Assembly: GCA_030704615.1 (NCBI GenBank) | Contig: CM060732.1 | Coordinates: 26,908,001-26,972,000 of the forward strand | Origin: Takakia lepidozioides | Taxonomy: Eukaryota > Plantae > Bryophyta | Direction: 5' to 3' | DNA length: 64,000 nucleotides | Shown here: piece after piece, positions 34,600-49,800 of the stretch | Layout of the letters: each line of letters opens with the position of its first letter | Position numbering within the stretch: position 1 is the first letter of the stretch | The notes under the pieces: model-generated | What the model was told of the DNA's origin: nothing | Database searches by the model: none | The model's input: only the letters and a program-made list of their open reading frames with translations | Position numbers and translations under genes: made by a program

Positions 34600-37500
34600 T
34601 GAGCCCTATGACCAATCACATTTTTCGGGGGGTTCTATCAAACAACTGTTTGCCAAGTGGCACAAATGATGAGTCTCGGGCCCAACAATGGTGGCTCATG
34701 CAGCCTGACCCAAGCAGTTATGATGTGATTGGTCATAGGAACTATAACGGTCATAGGGTATTTTACCCTAATCATGACCGACAAAAATTCACCGTTAGAT
34801 CTTCCGCCATCGTTAGATGAACTGTCATAGGTCTGTCTACCCTAATAGTCTCCACAACCTTTCAATTACTTTGGTTAGTAATCCAACTTCTATGTAAACT
34901 CGGACTCAAGACCAAAAGAGAGAGAAGACTCCGGCCGAAGCCAGTGTAACTAAGAGCCACTTCCATTTTGATACTGTCACAACAGACGTATCCATCGTAG
35001 ATGTCACTGGTCCTGCGCCTGGTAGATTAATCCCCAATCTGGTCACAATGGCTTTCTGGTACTCAATCATACTCTGCATCTGTAATTTTAATTCTGCCAT
35101 GTCACATCCTTGTGATTCCACCAGTTTGTCCAAGCCATCCATCCTGCCAACTACTGTAGAATATGCGAGACTTCCCTCCTGCCAATCCATGAAAACTTGC
35201 CCAAGTATGAATCAAACCAAAAAAACCTAGCATGAACGACCATTGGAAAGAAAACCCAGGCCAAAAGCCGTGAAAAAAACCCTAGCAACCTATGATGCAG
35301 CAACCACTCTAGCAAATGTGGAAAACACACTTACCCGCCTGTCACTCCCAGCTGACAACCGTGACACTGAACCCTCTTGAATTTCATATAATGTATCCCT
35401 GTCTCTCTCTTATTGTCTTGGTTGCCTTTAGCCATGTCTTTCAACCTCAAGTTGACCTCCTAAACCACAGACTCAATAGACTTAAACATCCTATGTCGGC
35501 CCCATGCCTGAATTTCACGAGGTAGACCTTTGAGAAATTATACTTTTAACATTCTTTGCATAGTTGGCTTATTTGGGAAATTTTCAGATGTTGCCCTGAT
35601 CTTTAAGTGTAGGAAATTTGTCCAAAGTGACTTACTTTCTTCATAAGGCTTGGAGCACAACTTATCAAGACAATCCAAGGGACAGTTGTAGGTTTAAAGA
35701 GCATTATTGCCTTATTCACAAGGTGGTTCTAGTCTAAATGAGGATCATCCATCACAACAACTTGCAACAAATCAAAACCTCCATTTTCATGCTCATTCCA
35801 AATCTTCACATTCAAGTGTGTCGCTCTGCCTACCACACTAGCGGCTGCTGCTGGCGGAGGGGCGTTGACATGGCTTCGACCTGGTGCCTACATGTCACAT
35901 TACTGTGAAATATGGATTTTTAGGCATTGTCCACTGGAAATCCACAATTTTAGGAAGACATTTGGTCGCGAGGCGATTCTCCCACCATCGCGAAGCTGGT
36001 CTCTCCGGCCCCATTGTGCAATGGTCTCTCCTACCGATTTTTTTGCCGTTGGGCTTCTACTATAGTGTGGTAGCCAATTCATTGCCGCTTGGTGACATGG
36101 ACCTATATCATCCAACAATCCCTAGCCTGCAATGTCCACTTTAGTGTTGTTGGTGTGCCGCTTGTGTGGTACGGGCCTAAGTAACAGTAATAACAAGGGT
36201 CTGACCCATGTACATTCTTTCTCCTACAAATGAACAAATACATATTTATATCTCATCACCAAATAAAAATACAACAATGTAAGAAGAAGATAGGAAAGAG
36301 ATTTATCTTTACTTTATCATATACAGCTTTTTCCTCATTGAAGGCCTCTTCAAAACCGAAGTAGACGACCATTCTTCAATTCTCCATTAATTATTCATTG
36401 CGGTTCTCATTTCCTTCAAAGTTTTATTAATGTGACTGTACATTAAAAAATAAATAAACAAGATAAAACCAAAAAACTGATGCAAGTAGGGGCCAACCCA
36501 TCTCCGAGGAGTTCCATTAAATTTTTTTTGTAAAGTCACACTCATTTCCCATAAGAGATCGAGTCTTTGTGACCAGTCACTTCCATGCCACACTCCCAAG
36601 GAACAAGGACTTCCTCCATACGAGTAATCTTTACACCCCAACCTGTTTTATTGGAAGAACTTTGTCCTTCACCTTAGAAAATGCCGCAATCAACTTATCG
36701 ATGATCAAACGCAAGTGGTTTTGACCAATTGGAGAAGCAGTAAACCACACACCATTAGATTTTTTTTCACTTCGGGTCCTGGCTTGTTAAGAGGCATGAC
36801 AATATGCCGATGTCTAACCAACTCTTTATAGGCATTGATAACATCATCAATAGGACAATCAACAACAAGTCGATGCCTATCAACAAAACACCTAGTAATG
36901 TGTATACGTCAAAGTCTGGACGTTTTGGCAAAACCTAAGCACCAACCCAGTACGAAGCTACAGAAGACTGAATTCATCAAAATCAACATTTATGAGCTTT
37001 TGGCATCCCTTGATAAAAAATTTCGGCATACAAAATAGCCAAATCTTAGATTTAGGATAGTTGGTGATGTCGATTCAATTGTCAAGACATTAGATTTCTT
37101 GATAGTCTTTCAAAGACTGACATTTGATGCTCGCAAGGCTGCTTCATCATCTACTATTTTTATTGGACGATATCTCACGTCAATAAAAATGTTAAATGAC
37201 GTTGAAGGTGCTTTCCCGGTCTCAATAAGATGTTGGTCTGTCTTTGTCTGATTAACCTTCCAAAGCCTCTTATCAAAGTCTGGATGTTGCAGTACAACTC
37301 AAAAATAGTTAAAACACAAGTTACCAATGAACAAAGATAAACACCATAAACATCATAATGGATGAGTACCTTGTTGGAGGGTATAAACTGCCATCATCTT
37401 TTGTCACCTGAAGGTGCACATCTCCACAAGATGTTTATAATGTTTTCATTCATATCTTGTAAAACTACTATGTGGCATCCTACAGGATTTGAACCTATGA

Positions 37501-38300
37501 CCCACCAACTTGGAAAGTTGTTGTTGTATCCAATTGAGCTAAGAATGTAGTACATTACTAACTACTTCTCAAAGAAAACGTGAACTCCAAAGAAGAAATA
37601 TAGTTTTTTCATAATCAGAACATCGAAAGCACCTCCACTATTTTTTGGCCCATAGTTCAAACATGCTCTCCGGTCTCATTTACTGACATTCTCTAACTCA
37701 TTTTCATTGACATCAAAGAACAAAGATTTAGAGATTTTGTGCATACATCAATAGTTCGAGTGTGAGACTGACAACATGAATAGGAGAATCACTTTTAGGA
37801 TGAGCGCAAGCCTCATTACAAGGAGCACCATCACGCACATCGAATCATGCAGTCACACAGTCATAGTCACAAAGTACTTCAACATTCCTTTAATAATCCA
37901 TTCATGTCGTCATTCACTCCCTCAGTCAAACATTCATCCATGACATATGTATATAGCAAGTACCTGCATAATCGATACGTGTAACAGACGTAGTCATATA
38001 GGCCACCATTGAATACTTCATCCATTTGTATGTTCATCCATCTTCACATCATTCATGTAATTATATTTTGCGCACAACCCAATGTCGACATGTGTAGTAA
38101 TGTAGTCATTGTAGTACATGTTTTTCCTTGGTCAATGGTCAACCATGCTTGTCCATAGATCCATAGACTGCGGAGTCATATAGTCAGTATATGTCTCCAT
38201 GCAGCACCAATGTCCTTCGCGTCTTTGTAGTCATATTTAGAGTCACGGATTCTATGACTAACAAATAGTGGTAGTCATGAAAACCATCATTTATTGTATT
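34600..38300. mobile_element. Possible degenerate CACTA/En-Spm-like remnant
   Basis: Clusters of CTATGAC/GTCATAG motifs at about 34605-34830 and 37855-38280 around decayed coding-like sequence; no intact termini seen. Confidence 0.25.
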
Positions 38301-41300
38301 GTTGTATACCACAATATTTACCTTTGTATTTGACCATCATTTCGTCGACAGTCAGATTTTGCTCTAGGGTCATGTACTTGGCATACAAATTGTTCTAGGA
38401 GTCTAAGAGCTAACTACCCTTAGAACCATGTTTGTCAAAGGTAGGGTCAATACTGTTAAATAAATATTACAGTTGTCCATAAGGTACAGATAGTAGAGAA
38501 TTGCCTCCCACCTGTTCCTACTCAAAATCTGCATCATCGTAGGGCACTTGAGAATTAATCACTTACCTTCCAATATAATCGCGTACTAGGTAGTTTTTTT
38601 TTCTTCCCATTAGTATCTGCACCCCCAACCAAGCCTAAAGCTATCACTGCTAGAGGATACCACCACTTACCTCCCTTTAGTGCACCCCTATTGTTGAGGG
38701 TCCTCACATACATATTTGTTATCCTTATCACCCATCGCATTACATGCAAAGGCCACAAAATTTGGAGAAGTCCACTGGAATAGCATCATCAGGCAGGGGC
38801 ATGACCAATGAATTTTACCTCAGGCAATTCAGTGGCTTGAGAATTCTACATATCATCCTTGAACATGACAGCAGAAGGCCAGTCTTCCCATTTTTCGGGC
38901 AACTCATACAAATCAAACTCATGGTGGGCATTATCCGTATCCTCACAATAATCCCATATGTTTGGATTTTCAACAGAATGAGGATTGGCCTTAGCATCCT
39001 CTAGTGGATCGTAGTTATCATCACTGTCACTATCACTATCTCCTAACTCATTATCAAGCAATTCAACATCAGGTCCAAGCCCCAACATTTCAGTGATAGT
39101 GCAAGGCATAACATCTTCAAGATTGACAATCTCAGCTAATGATGCTAATACTGAATGCAAACCAAAGCCCGCAAAAAAAGTTACAATATATACTTCGCCT
39201 ACAGCCACAATGTCCCAAGTGGTCTCTATAACAATGCCATATATACTTTCAGGGGCATTAGAAGATCAGCATGTCTTCCAGATGCAAATCACAAACCGTC
39301 TTTCACAGTGGATCCTAAAATCCCAAAATCGTCCTCATTTTGGCTGCGACCAGTCATATCCCTTGTGACACATTCGAAGCTGCGAAGGGAATAAAAAACA
39401 TAATATGGTTCAAAACCCATCGCTCCAACTCTCCAAAATCAAGAGGACAGGTTGGTTGCTTACCTTGCAATCTTGCAAGGCTCTTCAGCCTCATTGTGAG
39501 TAGAAGAGCAAGGCTAAAATTCAGGCCACACAGAGGAGTGAAAGAGCTTGTTGAGCTCGGTAGAAAAACCTGTAGAATCTCCTTCCTCTTTCTTTTGAAC
39601 CCAACCAAGAATCTTGGCTGCTTGGCGATGCCAAAGGTAGCGGAAATTAGAAGGTGAAGGCAACGACGACCATGCCGCCCGAGCATGACGCTTCAACTCC
39701 AACAAATAATCCTCATTTGAACAAACTACCCTGCAGCTTGACAATCTAATCGATAGAGGCACCAACACCTCTGACCCCATGGAGCGATGGCCTAGGCCTC
39801 TTTCTATAAGTGACTAGGTGCAATGGGAGGAGAATCGTCCAACCCCATCTCTCTATTTCTAAGTGTAGCTTTGACAAACCGCCACAAAACAGTCAATACC
39901 CAATTTGTGTTTCTCGCTTGGTGCTCTTACCACACTATCTCCAAGGCCTAGCCACACACTCTAGTTCCCAATGCCTGCTGATTTCAATGTGAAGGTGAGA
40001 AGCAAATAAACACAGTAAAACAAGTAGGAAGAGAAACAGAAGACAAAGAACACATAATCTCACAACAACGGGAACATGCAAACAAGACCAACGGCCATCT
40101 ACACCACATGCACAAAGGAAAAGCGTGTGAGAGAATCTAATTGGTTGCAACACATGCAAAATACGTTGAGTTGAAGAAAACGAAATTGCGGACGTTCGAT
40201 GGAGCTCTCGCGAGTGGCTGCAGCAGAGGTGTTCCTACGCAAGCCTAATTTGCAAAACCTAACACACATCCATGATTCATTTGAATCGGGCGCCCAATTC
40301 AGGTGTGCCAAGTGCCCATGAATAACTTTCTTTTTTAAAACTCAATCCATGCAGATACATAGAAATATTAAAAAAAATTCTAAACCCAAAAGCCCAAAGC
40401 GGGCCTGGTGGGCGTTTAGGGGTTAAATGGCCAAGTGGTTATTCCCGGTTTGTACTAGCCCTCCCTTAAACCAATAGGAGGGTCTGAAATTGATTGCCGT
40501 TGCCCCTCTTGCCGCTAGTGTGGCATCGTCCTCGCTATTGTGGCCTGTGCCATTGAACACATATTGTATTCTAAAAAATCCAATCCGCTATTTTATATGA
40601 ATATTTAGTAACATAAAATGCTTGAAATTCAATATCTCCCACACCGCAGTCCAAAAATTATGAAACCACCTCGATGCACCCCTATTTATCAAGGGCTTTC
40701 GAGTAGTATCAAGACCCCAGGGCCTTGTGGTTTGAGAGATCTCAACGACGCTACAAACAAAACAAAACAAAACAAACTACCAATTTTAATTTAATATGCT
40801 GAGTATAGTCTTAAAGAGAAACCCTTTGTACATGTAGCAGCACCTAATAGAGTATCTATTTGACGTTGGTGATCATTATTGGGATGAACTTTTTGAGAAC
40901 GAGCTTCCCAAGTATAAAGAGCGGCTGGAGGCTACTCATGGTTGTTTGCTTCTTGGTCTTGCTAATGTGAATACCAGTAATGACCATGTTTTCAGCAACT
41001 TGCAAAATTGTCCCATTGCTATCAACTATGTTGTTGATCCAAAATCTCTTACTGAATTTGCACCAACTTCATCGGATAATTCTTCAAAGTTGTATTAGAA
41101 GCTGACTTGATTGCTGTATGAATCTGTGAAGACGTAGATTAATGGAAGATGATTCAGATTGTTGTCTTACATAAATGATTAAGATAGAATCTATCGGGAA
41201 TAATTTTTGAAACATTGATTCTATCGAATTTTTCAACTCAGATTCTCTCATGCCATTGACATTGAAAACTTTGCAAATGAATTGATCTTTGACATTGATC

Positions 41301-44300
41301 CAAGGTTGATCATATTCTTTCAATAAAATTGTATTCACAATCATTCAATTTCACTTGCGGTGTCATTTTCTAAGTTCTTAATTGTGTACAATGGATGGAT
41401 TTTTTTTAAAAGATTTTTTAACTGTAAACTAAAGAAACCATGCATAAAAGAAAAAGAAATGAGGCCATAGAAAGAAATTTTACAATGCCCAAAAGGTTAG
41501 TGTCAATGGGGGTGGCCAAGGACTTGGTTTAATCATGGGCATACCTAAACACTCCACAAGGAATTTCCCCAAGAAGGAATCGCCCCTCCAAAACACAAGG
41601 GGGTGCAGGTTCTATGGAGACCTTTATGATCGCCCCTACTGAAAATGTGCCAACCTTCTAATCAATCTAGTTAAATCGATTGCCTTCCACATTGAGGTTG
41701 CGGGCCCTGTAAAAAGAAGAAACAATTGCATTTTGATTGGGGCACCCCTTGGTGAAGAGATGAGCACTGTTGGGTGAGTATATCACTCACGACATGACCT
41801 ACGGCCCCGACTTGTCAATATGAAAACACATTAAAAGCCCACCAGGCGTGAGGAAACAAAGATTTTTGTTGTCCGGCCAACATGCATGATTTATCCTTTT
41901 TTCCTTGCCGGACATGGATATAAGGCTTGATCTAGAAGCCCGTCAGTCATATATAAGGCAAGTCAGGAATTATATATATATATATATATATATATGTTTC
42001 GTTTCATTTCAGAGCAAGAAGGAGAAAAAAAATCTTGCTTAAAACATAAGCCATAAATACATAGATAAGTGAGTCAAACTAATAAGGTGCATTCATAGAG
42101 TGACGAGTCCATATTAAAATTTTAATGTCTCAAAAAGTTGAAAACTCTCAATGAGTTTTTCATTTCCTTCAATGATGTTATTTTTCATTGGAAATATTGA
42201 TTTGGCCGATTCACCACCACCAACAAACCCCTATAAACCTCACTACCATTCAAACCATGGCTCAAGTATCTCACGACCCTTGCCCTCATTCACTAGCCAT
42301 GACAAGCCCAACCCGTATGCCCACATATCTAACCTTTGGCGGGCCTGGGGAGCGCCTAACCCGACCGTGCAGGTCTTAGGATGGAACCACGTAGAGGCAA
42401 ACCTGCCTGTCCAAAGCAACTGGGGCGGTCAGGGTTGGACACATTGGTGTGCTTACCCTGGTATGTAGTATGTACCCGGGTCTCACCGATGTATCTGCCC
42501 AACACTGGAAGACACATCTTTTTGCGACCCCACAAGTATGTGGGGGCGTCCTTTAGAGAATATACTATTTAGACCAACAGGTTGCTTTTAACGTGGGGGT
42601 TTTGATGGGCCCATTGGAAGCGGAGTTTCTTTTAATTGTGGCGCGAGTGGCTTCCATGAGAACCTAAGTGGAGCATGTATGGCTATGGTATAAAGTGCAG
42701 ATTCCAAACGAGTATGATAATATGAGAACTGGACCCTCCGTTCTACCACCCATCTCTAGGATTGTGACACGTGGCTCCCTCTTGCGACCCTGTGGCCAAA
42801 GATATGGGCCCACCAGATCACATTTTTCAAGATCCAGAGTTTTTTCACCTCATTTCCATTAACCATGTCGCCAAGACCTCTGCCAGTCAAATTTTGGCAT
42901 GCTTGCAGCGTGTGTGCCTTATGGTTCATCCGGGGTTTTAATATTTTTCCCCACAATAACTTACAATAAAGTTCTCAAGGGCTACTTCCCCTTTCTGTTT
43001 TATAAAAAAAAAGAAAAAAAAAAAGGGCATGGTTGGGCCCTTGCAACCTGGTGATAGTGCACTGTGGGCAACCAGGTGATGCAGGGTTCCAATTTCAAAT
43101 CTGCTATATTTGTGAAGCGTAGTGGGTCTCAGGTTCGGTCTCCTGAAAAGAGGGTTATCCCCCTTCCACCCCCCCCCCCCCCTCCTCTTGTGAATTGGGA
43201 GCCTTTGCGCCCATGTTCTCTTTTTTAACAGAGTGTTCAGTCTTCTATAAATAGATTGATTAAATTATAGATAATGTCATCCAGAAATAGGTCAATTATA
43301 TGAAATTATGCTTGCTTACAACAGGTTGACAACAAGTCGCCTAAAATGGCTCCGCCCTTGAGATGTTCATCTCGATCTATATCTATGAAGTTAGGACTAT
43401 AAACTATCAAAATAAAATAAAGTTGCTAGAAAAAATGAAATGTAACACTTAAATAAGTTTTCCTTTTTAAAAAAAAACAAAATTTTTTTTGTTAAAAAAC
43501 GAAATACCTACAGTTCATGTCACATGTCACGCTAGTATAATAAAGGAAAGCAAGGGATAAAACTGATCGAACTAAACCTGATGGAACTGAAAAGAATTGA
43601 ATATAATGGAACTGAGCCTTTGACATAACTCTGTCATAACTCTGTCATGGTCCCCAGAACGAAAGGGAGTTGTGGGGTCCCCCCTCTCCACTGGCTGCAA
43701 TGAATGCAGGCTGGCCAGGGCTAACCGGTGGCCCATGGGCTGCCTATGTGGCTAGCCTTGGGATACACCATGAGAAACAAGGCCCAGTGCAGAACTGAGT
43801 TAGAGGTCTGGCAAGCGAAACCCACATCTGCTTTAGTGATGGATTCAATCAGAAATTCATGAGGACCTTCCAGAAAACACACCCAAGTTTTTACCAGTGT
43901 TGTGCGGATATTTGATATTTTCAATATCAGTTGGTTACAGATGTTCAACTTTAACCTTGTGTTGAGATCCTCTAGTTTTGGGTTGCAGGGTTTTGGAGCT
44001 TTCTCATTTGAATTATCCTGTCAGTTGGCAACACATATAGTTTTTAAGCATATACAATAATGAACAAATGGCTGGATGGCCTCACGCAGTGGAAGCCCAA
44101 GTTTTTGTGAAACAAATAAAACTCTCCAAATTCAAAAATGTAATATATTAAAATATTTTTAAGATGAATTGAAGTTAGGGTCAGCTTATGACATGCCTCA
44201 TCCAGTTCACGACATGCCTCATTGTCTACGAGTCAACCCAATATCCTGCTATTATCCAGATTATAACCTTCAGTTCTTAATGTTGGTAAAAGGGTTCATA

Positions 44301-44949
44301 ACCTGCCTCTTTGGGCCACTACCTACCTAAGTCCCGGATCAAATCAAGCAAAACAAAAAACACGAGAATGGGTTCCCAACCGATGGGCGGTTATCTCAGC
44401 TCTTCATATCTAGCGTTTCCTAACATAGGCAGGTATTTCACTTATTGACCTTATGCAGATCCACCTATATACATCTAGGTTGGGACCTGCTGGGGATGTG
44501 AGGCAGAATCAAACCTTTGCGCAACACTGCTTTTTACCAAAACCAAAAAGGTGGCAATTTTTTGAAACTGCAATATGTCCTCTCCCCCCATCACTACAAA
44601 GGAGGTATAACCAAATCTTTCCAAAAACTCAGAAAAATTAGTTAGAAAGGTGGCCATAAAGGATGCCCCGTGGAAAATTCAATTAGCCTATCTATTTAGG
44701 AATTTCGATAAGATTAATGCTTTTTACCTACTTTAGAGAAGTTGCATAAACTTTTAATGCTCACAAAAAAGATATAAGATTCTTATTCCTATGGCCAATT
44801 GTGTCATGAAGTTAACAAGGTTTTGCTGATTTTTGTGAGAAAAATTTAGATGTTTAGGGGTCAAGGTCAACCCAATCCATAGTAATAAACCCAAAAAAGA
44901 TCTCATCAGTGGAATACATTAGGAACCTACGCCTGGTTGGATCCACTCA

Positions 44950-45140
44950 AGGTATGGTTGTTCCATGGAAACAAATGCATAGTAATAAACTCACATTCAT
45001 CTATCAACGGACCACATATGGAACATAGTGAACATGTGCCCAATTGGGATGCACACAAGATATGGTCATTCCATGGAAATAAATGCATAGTAATAAACTC
45101 ACATCCATCTATCAATAGAACACATACGGAACATAAAGAA
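44950..45140. repeat. Direct repeat, about 108 bp period, 2 copies
   Basis: TATGGT..TTCCATGGAAA.AAATGCATAGTAATAAACTCACAT.CATCTATCAA duplicated. Confidence 0.8.
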
Positions 45141-45669
45141 CCTTTGATTCCTTTCATAACCTCCTGTTCCGGTTTTTACAAACTCTAAAAATCAAAGAAC
45201 CTCCTGGTCCAGTTTTTTCATATATTTTTTATGGATGGAACCAACGGTTGTGGATAATTGTAAAAACCTTGAAAAAAAAAAAAAAACCTCAAAGAACAGG
45301 CAGTTTTCATTAAATAACCGGTGGATCTTTGGCAGATCTTTGACAGTTTTCAGGCTGGTTATTTCAAAACTACGTAACCGGCGCTTATGAACCTGTATTG
45401 GTTCTTTGTTTTTTTAAGAACTGTGGTTATATAAAAGATTTTGACCTCGAAAATGGATCGGCTACTTGCATTACAAAGGAATTATGGGGGTTAAAATCCG
45501 AAAAGAAATTGCAAGAAAGTACCAGTGGTGGAGTATCAGGTACCTTTAGTGCTATCATGGACCTGTTAAAAACATGCCCTATAGCGGCCTTTCTACATTG
45601 TTTTTCTCCCCACTTGCGCCCTGGGTAGAACATGTGGCCCCGGAGCTACTTTAAAAAATAAAAATAAAA

Positions 45670-45950
45670 ATAAAAACATTGATTGCAAACAATGCATAGT
45701 CCCCTGCTAAAGGCTGCTAAAGGCTGAAAGCGGGCAGGGCCAACAAAACTCAAAAACACTAATTGCAAATGAATGCATAGTCATTGGTGAAGGGTAAAGG
45801 CTGGCAGGGCCAACAAAACTAAAAAACACTGATTGCAAAGGAGTGCACAGTGCCTTCTGAAGGCTAAAGGCTGGCAGGGCCAATAAAACTCCAAAACACT
45901 GATTGCAAACAAATGCATAGTCCCTGCTAAAGACAGGGCCAACAAAACTC
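45670..45950. repeat. Minisatellite, unit about 70 bp, about 4 copies
   Basis: CAGGGCCAA(C/T)AAAACT...AAAACACT(G/A)ATTGCAAA repeated. Confidence 0.8.
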
Positions 45951-46814
45951 ATGGACAAACTTGCCTGCATTGCGGAGGGTTCCCCTTCGTACGCTTTCGG
46001 CTAAAGGCTTTAAAGGCGGTGCCAATAAACCCATGTGACTCTTCCACAAACTTTCCTCTATTCCTGAGGTTTCCCCTGTACGGCTCCTTCCAAGAATTAT
46101 TTTTCCTTGGCTTCTAATTTGATGAAGAAGGTCTCCTGCCAGGTTTTTGTTTTTTAAAATACACACAAAGTGATGACGCCACTTTACATTTCGTCAATGG
46201 TACGGATATAATGGCCGCAAACACGATCCCTTCCAATCACCGTAGATATTAGCAAGACTGTAATGGGTATGACCAGGACTTGAGTGTTGAGGTTTGAGGG
46301 GCGGTCCCACCTTTCAAAGTGCAGGGCAATGTATTGGGGTAAAGCCTCACCACAAGGCCATTACGTGGTTCAGGGCCAGGGGGGCAACCAGCCCCAGACC
46401 TCAGACCTAGGGCCTGAGGACCAGGTAATGGACGAAACTGCAGCTTTACCCTATGAAAGAAACGAAATCATAGGGGAGTACGTTGTATTTGGGGAAAGTA
46501 TGTTGCATTTCGGTGTAATTTAGTCATGCAGATATATCATACTTCTCCATGATATTTCCATGTAATAAGCATACTGAAACTACACACTAAAAAATGATGA
46601 GGTTCTTTACGTTTGCTCTTACTCAATCTACATCTGTAGGTATACCCTAATTTACGTGTCCAGTGTCCACCTTCCCTCGGAAGGCAGTAGCCCTTCCTTT
46701 GGGAGGCATCAATAACTAACTAACTAACTAACTAACTAACTTGGCCGAAAGGTGCTGGGGGGTACGTGGTGCTGTGGTAGTATCATAGATATGCAAGGCA
46801 GGACATTGACAAAT

Positions 46815-49800
46815 GCCTCTCATTTTACAATATTAGCGTTGTTATGGCGCACAAGTGAGCTGAGTGGTGGGCCCCGTGCACGGACGCCCGGCTCCCCCAC
46901 TTGCCCCCGCCGCTCCGCGCGGTCGCCTAGCCGCGCCGCTCACCCCACGGCTGCAGCAGCCACGGCCTAGCCCCCACGCCGGCAGCTCCCCCCGTGCCCC
47001 CAGTCCGCCGCAGCTGGTCTGCTGAGCCAGTCCCCTCACGTCCACTCTGCCAGTCTGCCTGCCAGTCCGCTGCCCATGAGTCCGCTTCCCTCCAGTCTGC
47101 CCGTCCGCCCGTCTGGCCGGCCAGTACGCTGGTGGGCGTTCCCTCAGCCAGTCCCCTGCCATCCAGTCTGACGACGACGCCCGATCTGGGCCGTCCATTT
47201 CAAAACCCATCCGAGCCTTCCCTTTTTAGGGCCTAAACCTTGCGACCAAATCCGGGCTGTCTCTACTGAGGGCCCGTTGTTGTCCGATGTTGGGTAGGCG
47301 TTTCCACGCACGCCCGTCTTCTTCTTGTGCACGAGCGACGTTCATGATGATGAAGGGTGTGCCTGAACATGGCAGGACTAGCGGGGCGGGATCTATAGCC
47401 ACCATCGTGCATATGCTTCCACTATTTTTGCCTGTTTGTTGTGCTTTAGGGTATCTTGGGCTTTCTGGTATGGTTGTATGTCAGAAATATGCTACTGCCT
47501 TATCTGTCCTCCATATTGTCATCTGCTTCTAAAGTCCAGTCGAAGACACATTGTTAGACCCACGTTGTAGGTTTATCCTGCGGTCTACCCCAGTGCAGGA
47601 TTGCATTTGAAGCACGATTTGCGGCCATGAACCCGTATTCATGAATTTGCTCTTGGGAGCCGGATTAGGAGAGGTAGGTCTGGCAGGGAAGCGTCTTCCG
47701 CACCCGATCAAGACTTGTGCACGGTTCTTACCACCCAGGTATTATCATAGGGGGATCACTACTGGCTCTCTTCATTTGCTTAGGTCAGCGAGAGTTAGTC
47801 ATCATTTAGACCTTAATCTTGCTGTGCGGAGGGCATACGACAGATTCTCCTTGCAACCCACCGAAGCGCTCTTTTTGGGTGGCGTGGTCCCCTCTACAAT
47901 ACATGAGATCTCCCATATCTTTCAACAAGTTTGCAGCAGTGGTAGGATCCTTTGTCTTCTTGCATGATTGTTTTGCCCAAGCCTTACGGATATGCCAAAG
48001 GCACAGGAATATGAGTAATCCGTCAAAAAAAATTCTGCACAACACACATGTGCACATTAGACTCTTGAGAGGGGACTGCACCGGTGGACTGTACCTGCGG
48101 CGGTGAGTATGAGTGGACTGTGCTAGCGGACAGACAGAATGGAGTGCCCTACTAGACAGTACTATGCAATGACCTTAATAGGATGACTAAGCAGGAGGAG
48201 TAATGAGGACCTCTGTCCAGTGTACTTCCCCGGCGGACTGTATCAGCGGACTGTGCCAGCGGATTGCAGCAGTGGACTAACATTTTGCACTGTCCAGTGG
48301 ACTGACCCAGTGGACAATACAATGCACTCCAATGCACATCCACTACAAGGACGGCTGACCCACTTCCCATTACCAGTAGGACTTCCCAGTGGACTTTCGC
48401 GTCAGGATGTTCCAGCAGACTGTATGAGCGGACTGTCACTGGACTGACATTGTGGGACAACAGACTTACCGAATTGCGTTAATTTCTGCCTCGGCATCAT
48501 CCACAATGAAGGCATTGGGTCACTAGTTAGGCATAGCTCCGAGGAGTGAATCGTGCAAAGCTACCATCCATGGCACTAGGTTAGTGGTCCGGTTCCTCGC
48601 GGATATGATATAGGCAACAGGTATACCGTTCAACCACTCGTCGAATATCATCAATGTGTACAATGAAAACTGTTCGAATGGACAATGACAGATGGTTAGA
48701 ACATGCAAAGTTTGGCAAGTTGTGTACGACAAGACTCGGTCTTTTGCAGAGTACACATGAAACATACAGAGAGGATCTGTCGCGCACCTCACTTCGGTAA
48801 TCTCCCCTTCAAGTCATAGTTACTTGTTTTGATACTCGCACCTAATTCCCAAACTGGCCACTTGGCCAACTTGGAGCTTCGGTTGCTCACCAAGACATAA
48901 CGGTCCCCATTTGCTCCTCCACAAGACCTTCTCTCAATTTGGGCCTAGTGGAAATTCCTTTTGGTTGTTGGCAGTCTGGAACAGCTCCCCACACCTTGGT
49001 CGTTTTCCGGCTCTCACGCTTACTCACTAGTTTTTGGTCATCAACGGGCTTGCACTGTTCTCGGGGTTACTACTCCCTATATATACTTCTGTGACTGTCC
49101 GCGGGGGTTTCACAAACAACACCGTCCTTTTATGGCGAACCACCACGAAGACCCTCCATTCCCGGTGGTGCGCCTTGAGGGCAGGGGGTCGGGACACAAA
49201 ATGGGCTGCCCCTGTGGTGGGGGCAGTGGCAACAATAGAGACGGGGGCTGAAGCACCCTTGAGTGCCCAAGGCACTCAAGGAGACGGAGGCGCTCACTAG
49301 TTGGAACCCCGCACACCGGGTTGCGGTGTAGGTGGTTCCACGAGGGGTGGTGGTAGCTTAGTGGGACTTAGTGGGGGTGACATATAACTCACCATGGGGC
49401 GGAGACCTTGTGGTGGGAGTCGTGGGGAGTCTTGGGACTCATCACGGTCCAATGGGGCCGTGGTGGGTAGGCCAAGACTCACCGCGATTCAGCGATGACA
49501 CACACAATTTCTACGCCAATGTTGCATGGTACTATGCTATGCTGCTCCCACAAGTCCATGGAATCGAATGAATAATACCTTGTCATGATTTGTCCCAAAG
49601 GTTGCATCGCATGCAACGATGCGGGTATGTCATAATTCCAACATTTGTCGTTTCTGCCAAGGAGTCTGAATGCCTATATGAAATCATAGTAGGTGGGAAA
49701 CAAAAATGGCAATACACATGCAATGATTGTACAAAATGATTGTGAGGATGGTGCACACATGGTACTGTTCAGGAATGTGTTGCCTCTGGGCTCTTTTCGC

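Noticed and set aside
38846-39780. Acidic ORF and FRYLWHRQAAKILGW fragment as a gene
   Set aside because: Fragmented across frames; probably TE debris, and I cannot assign a family.
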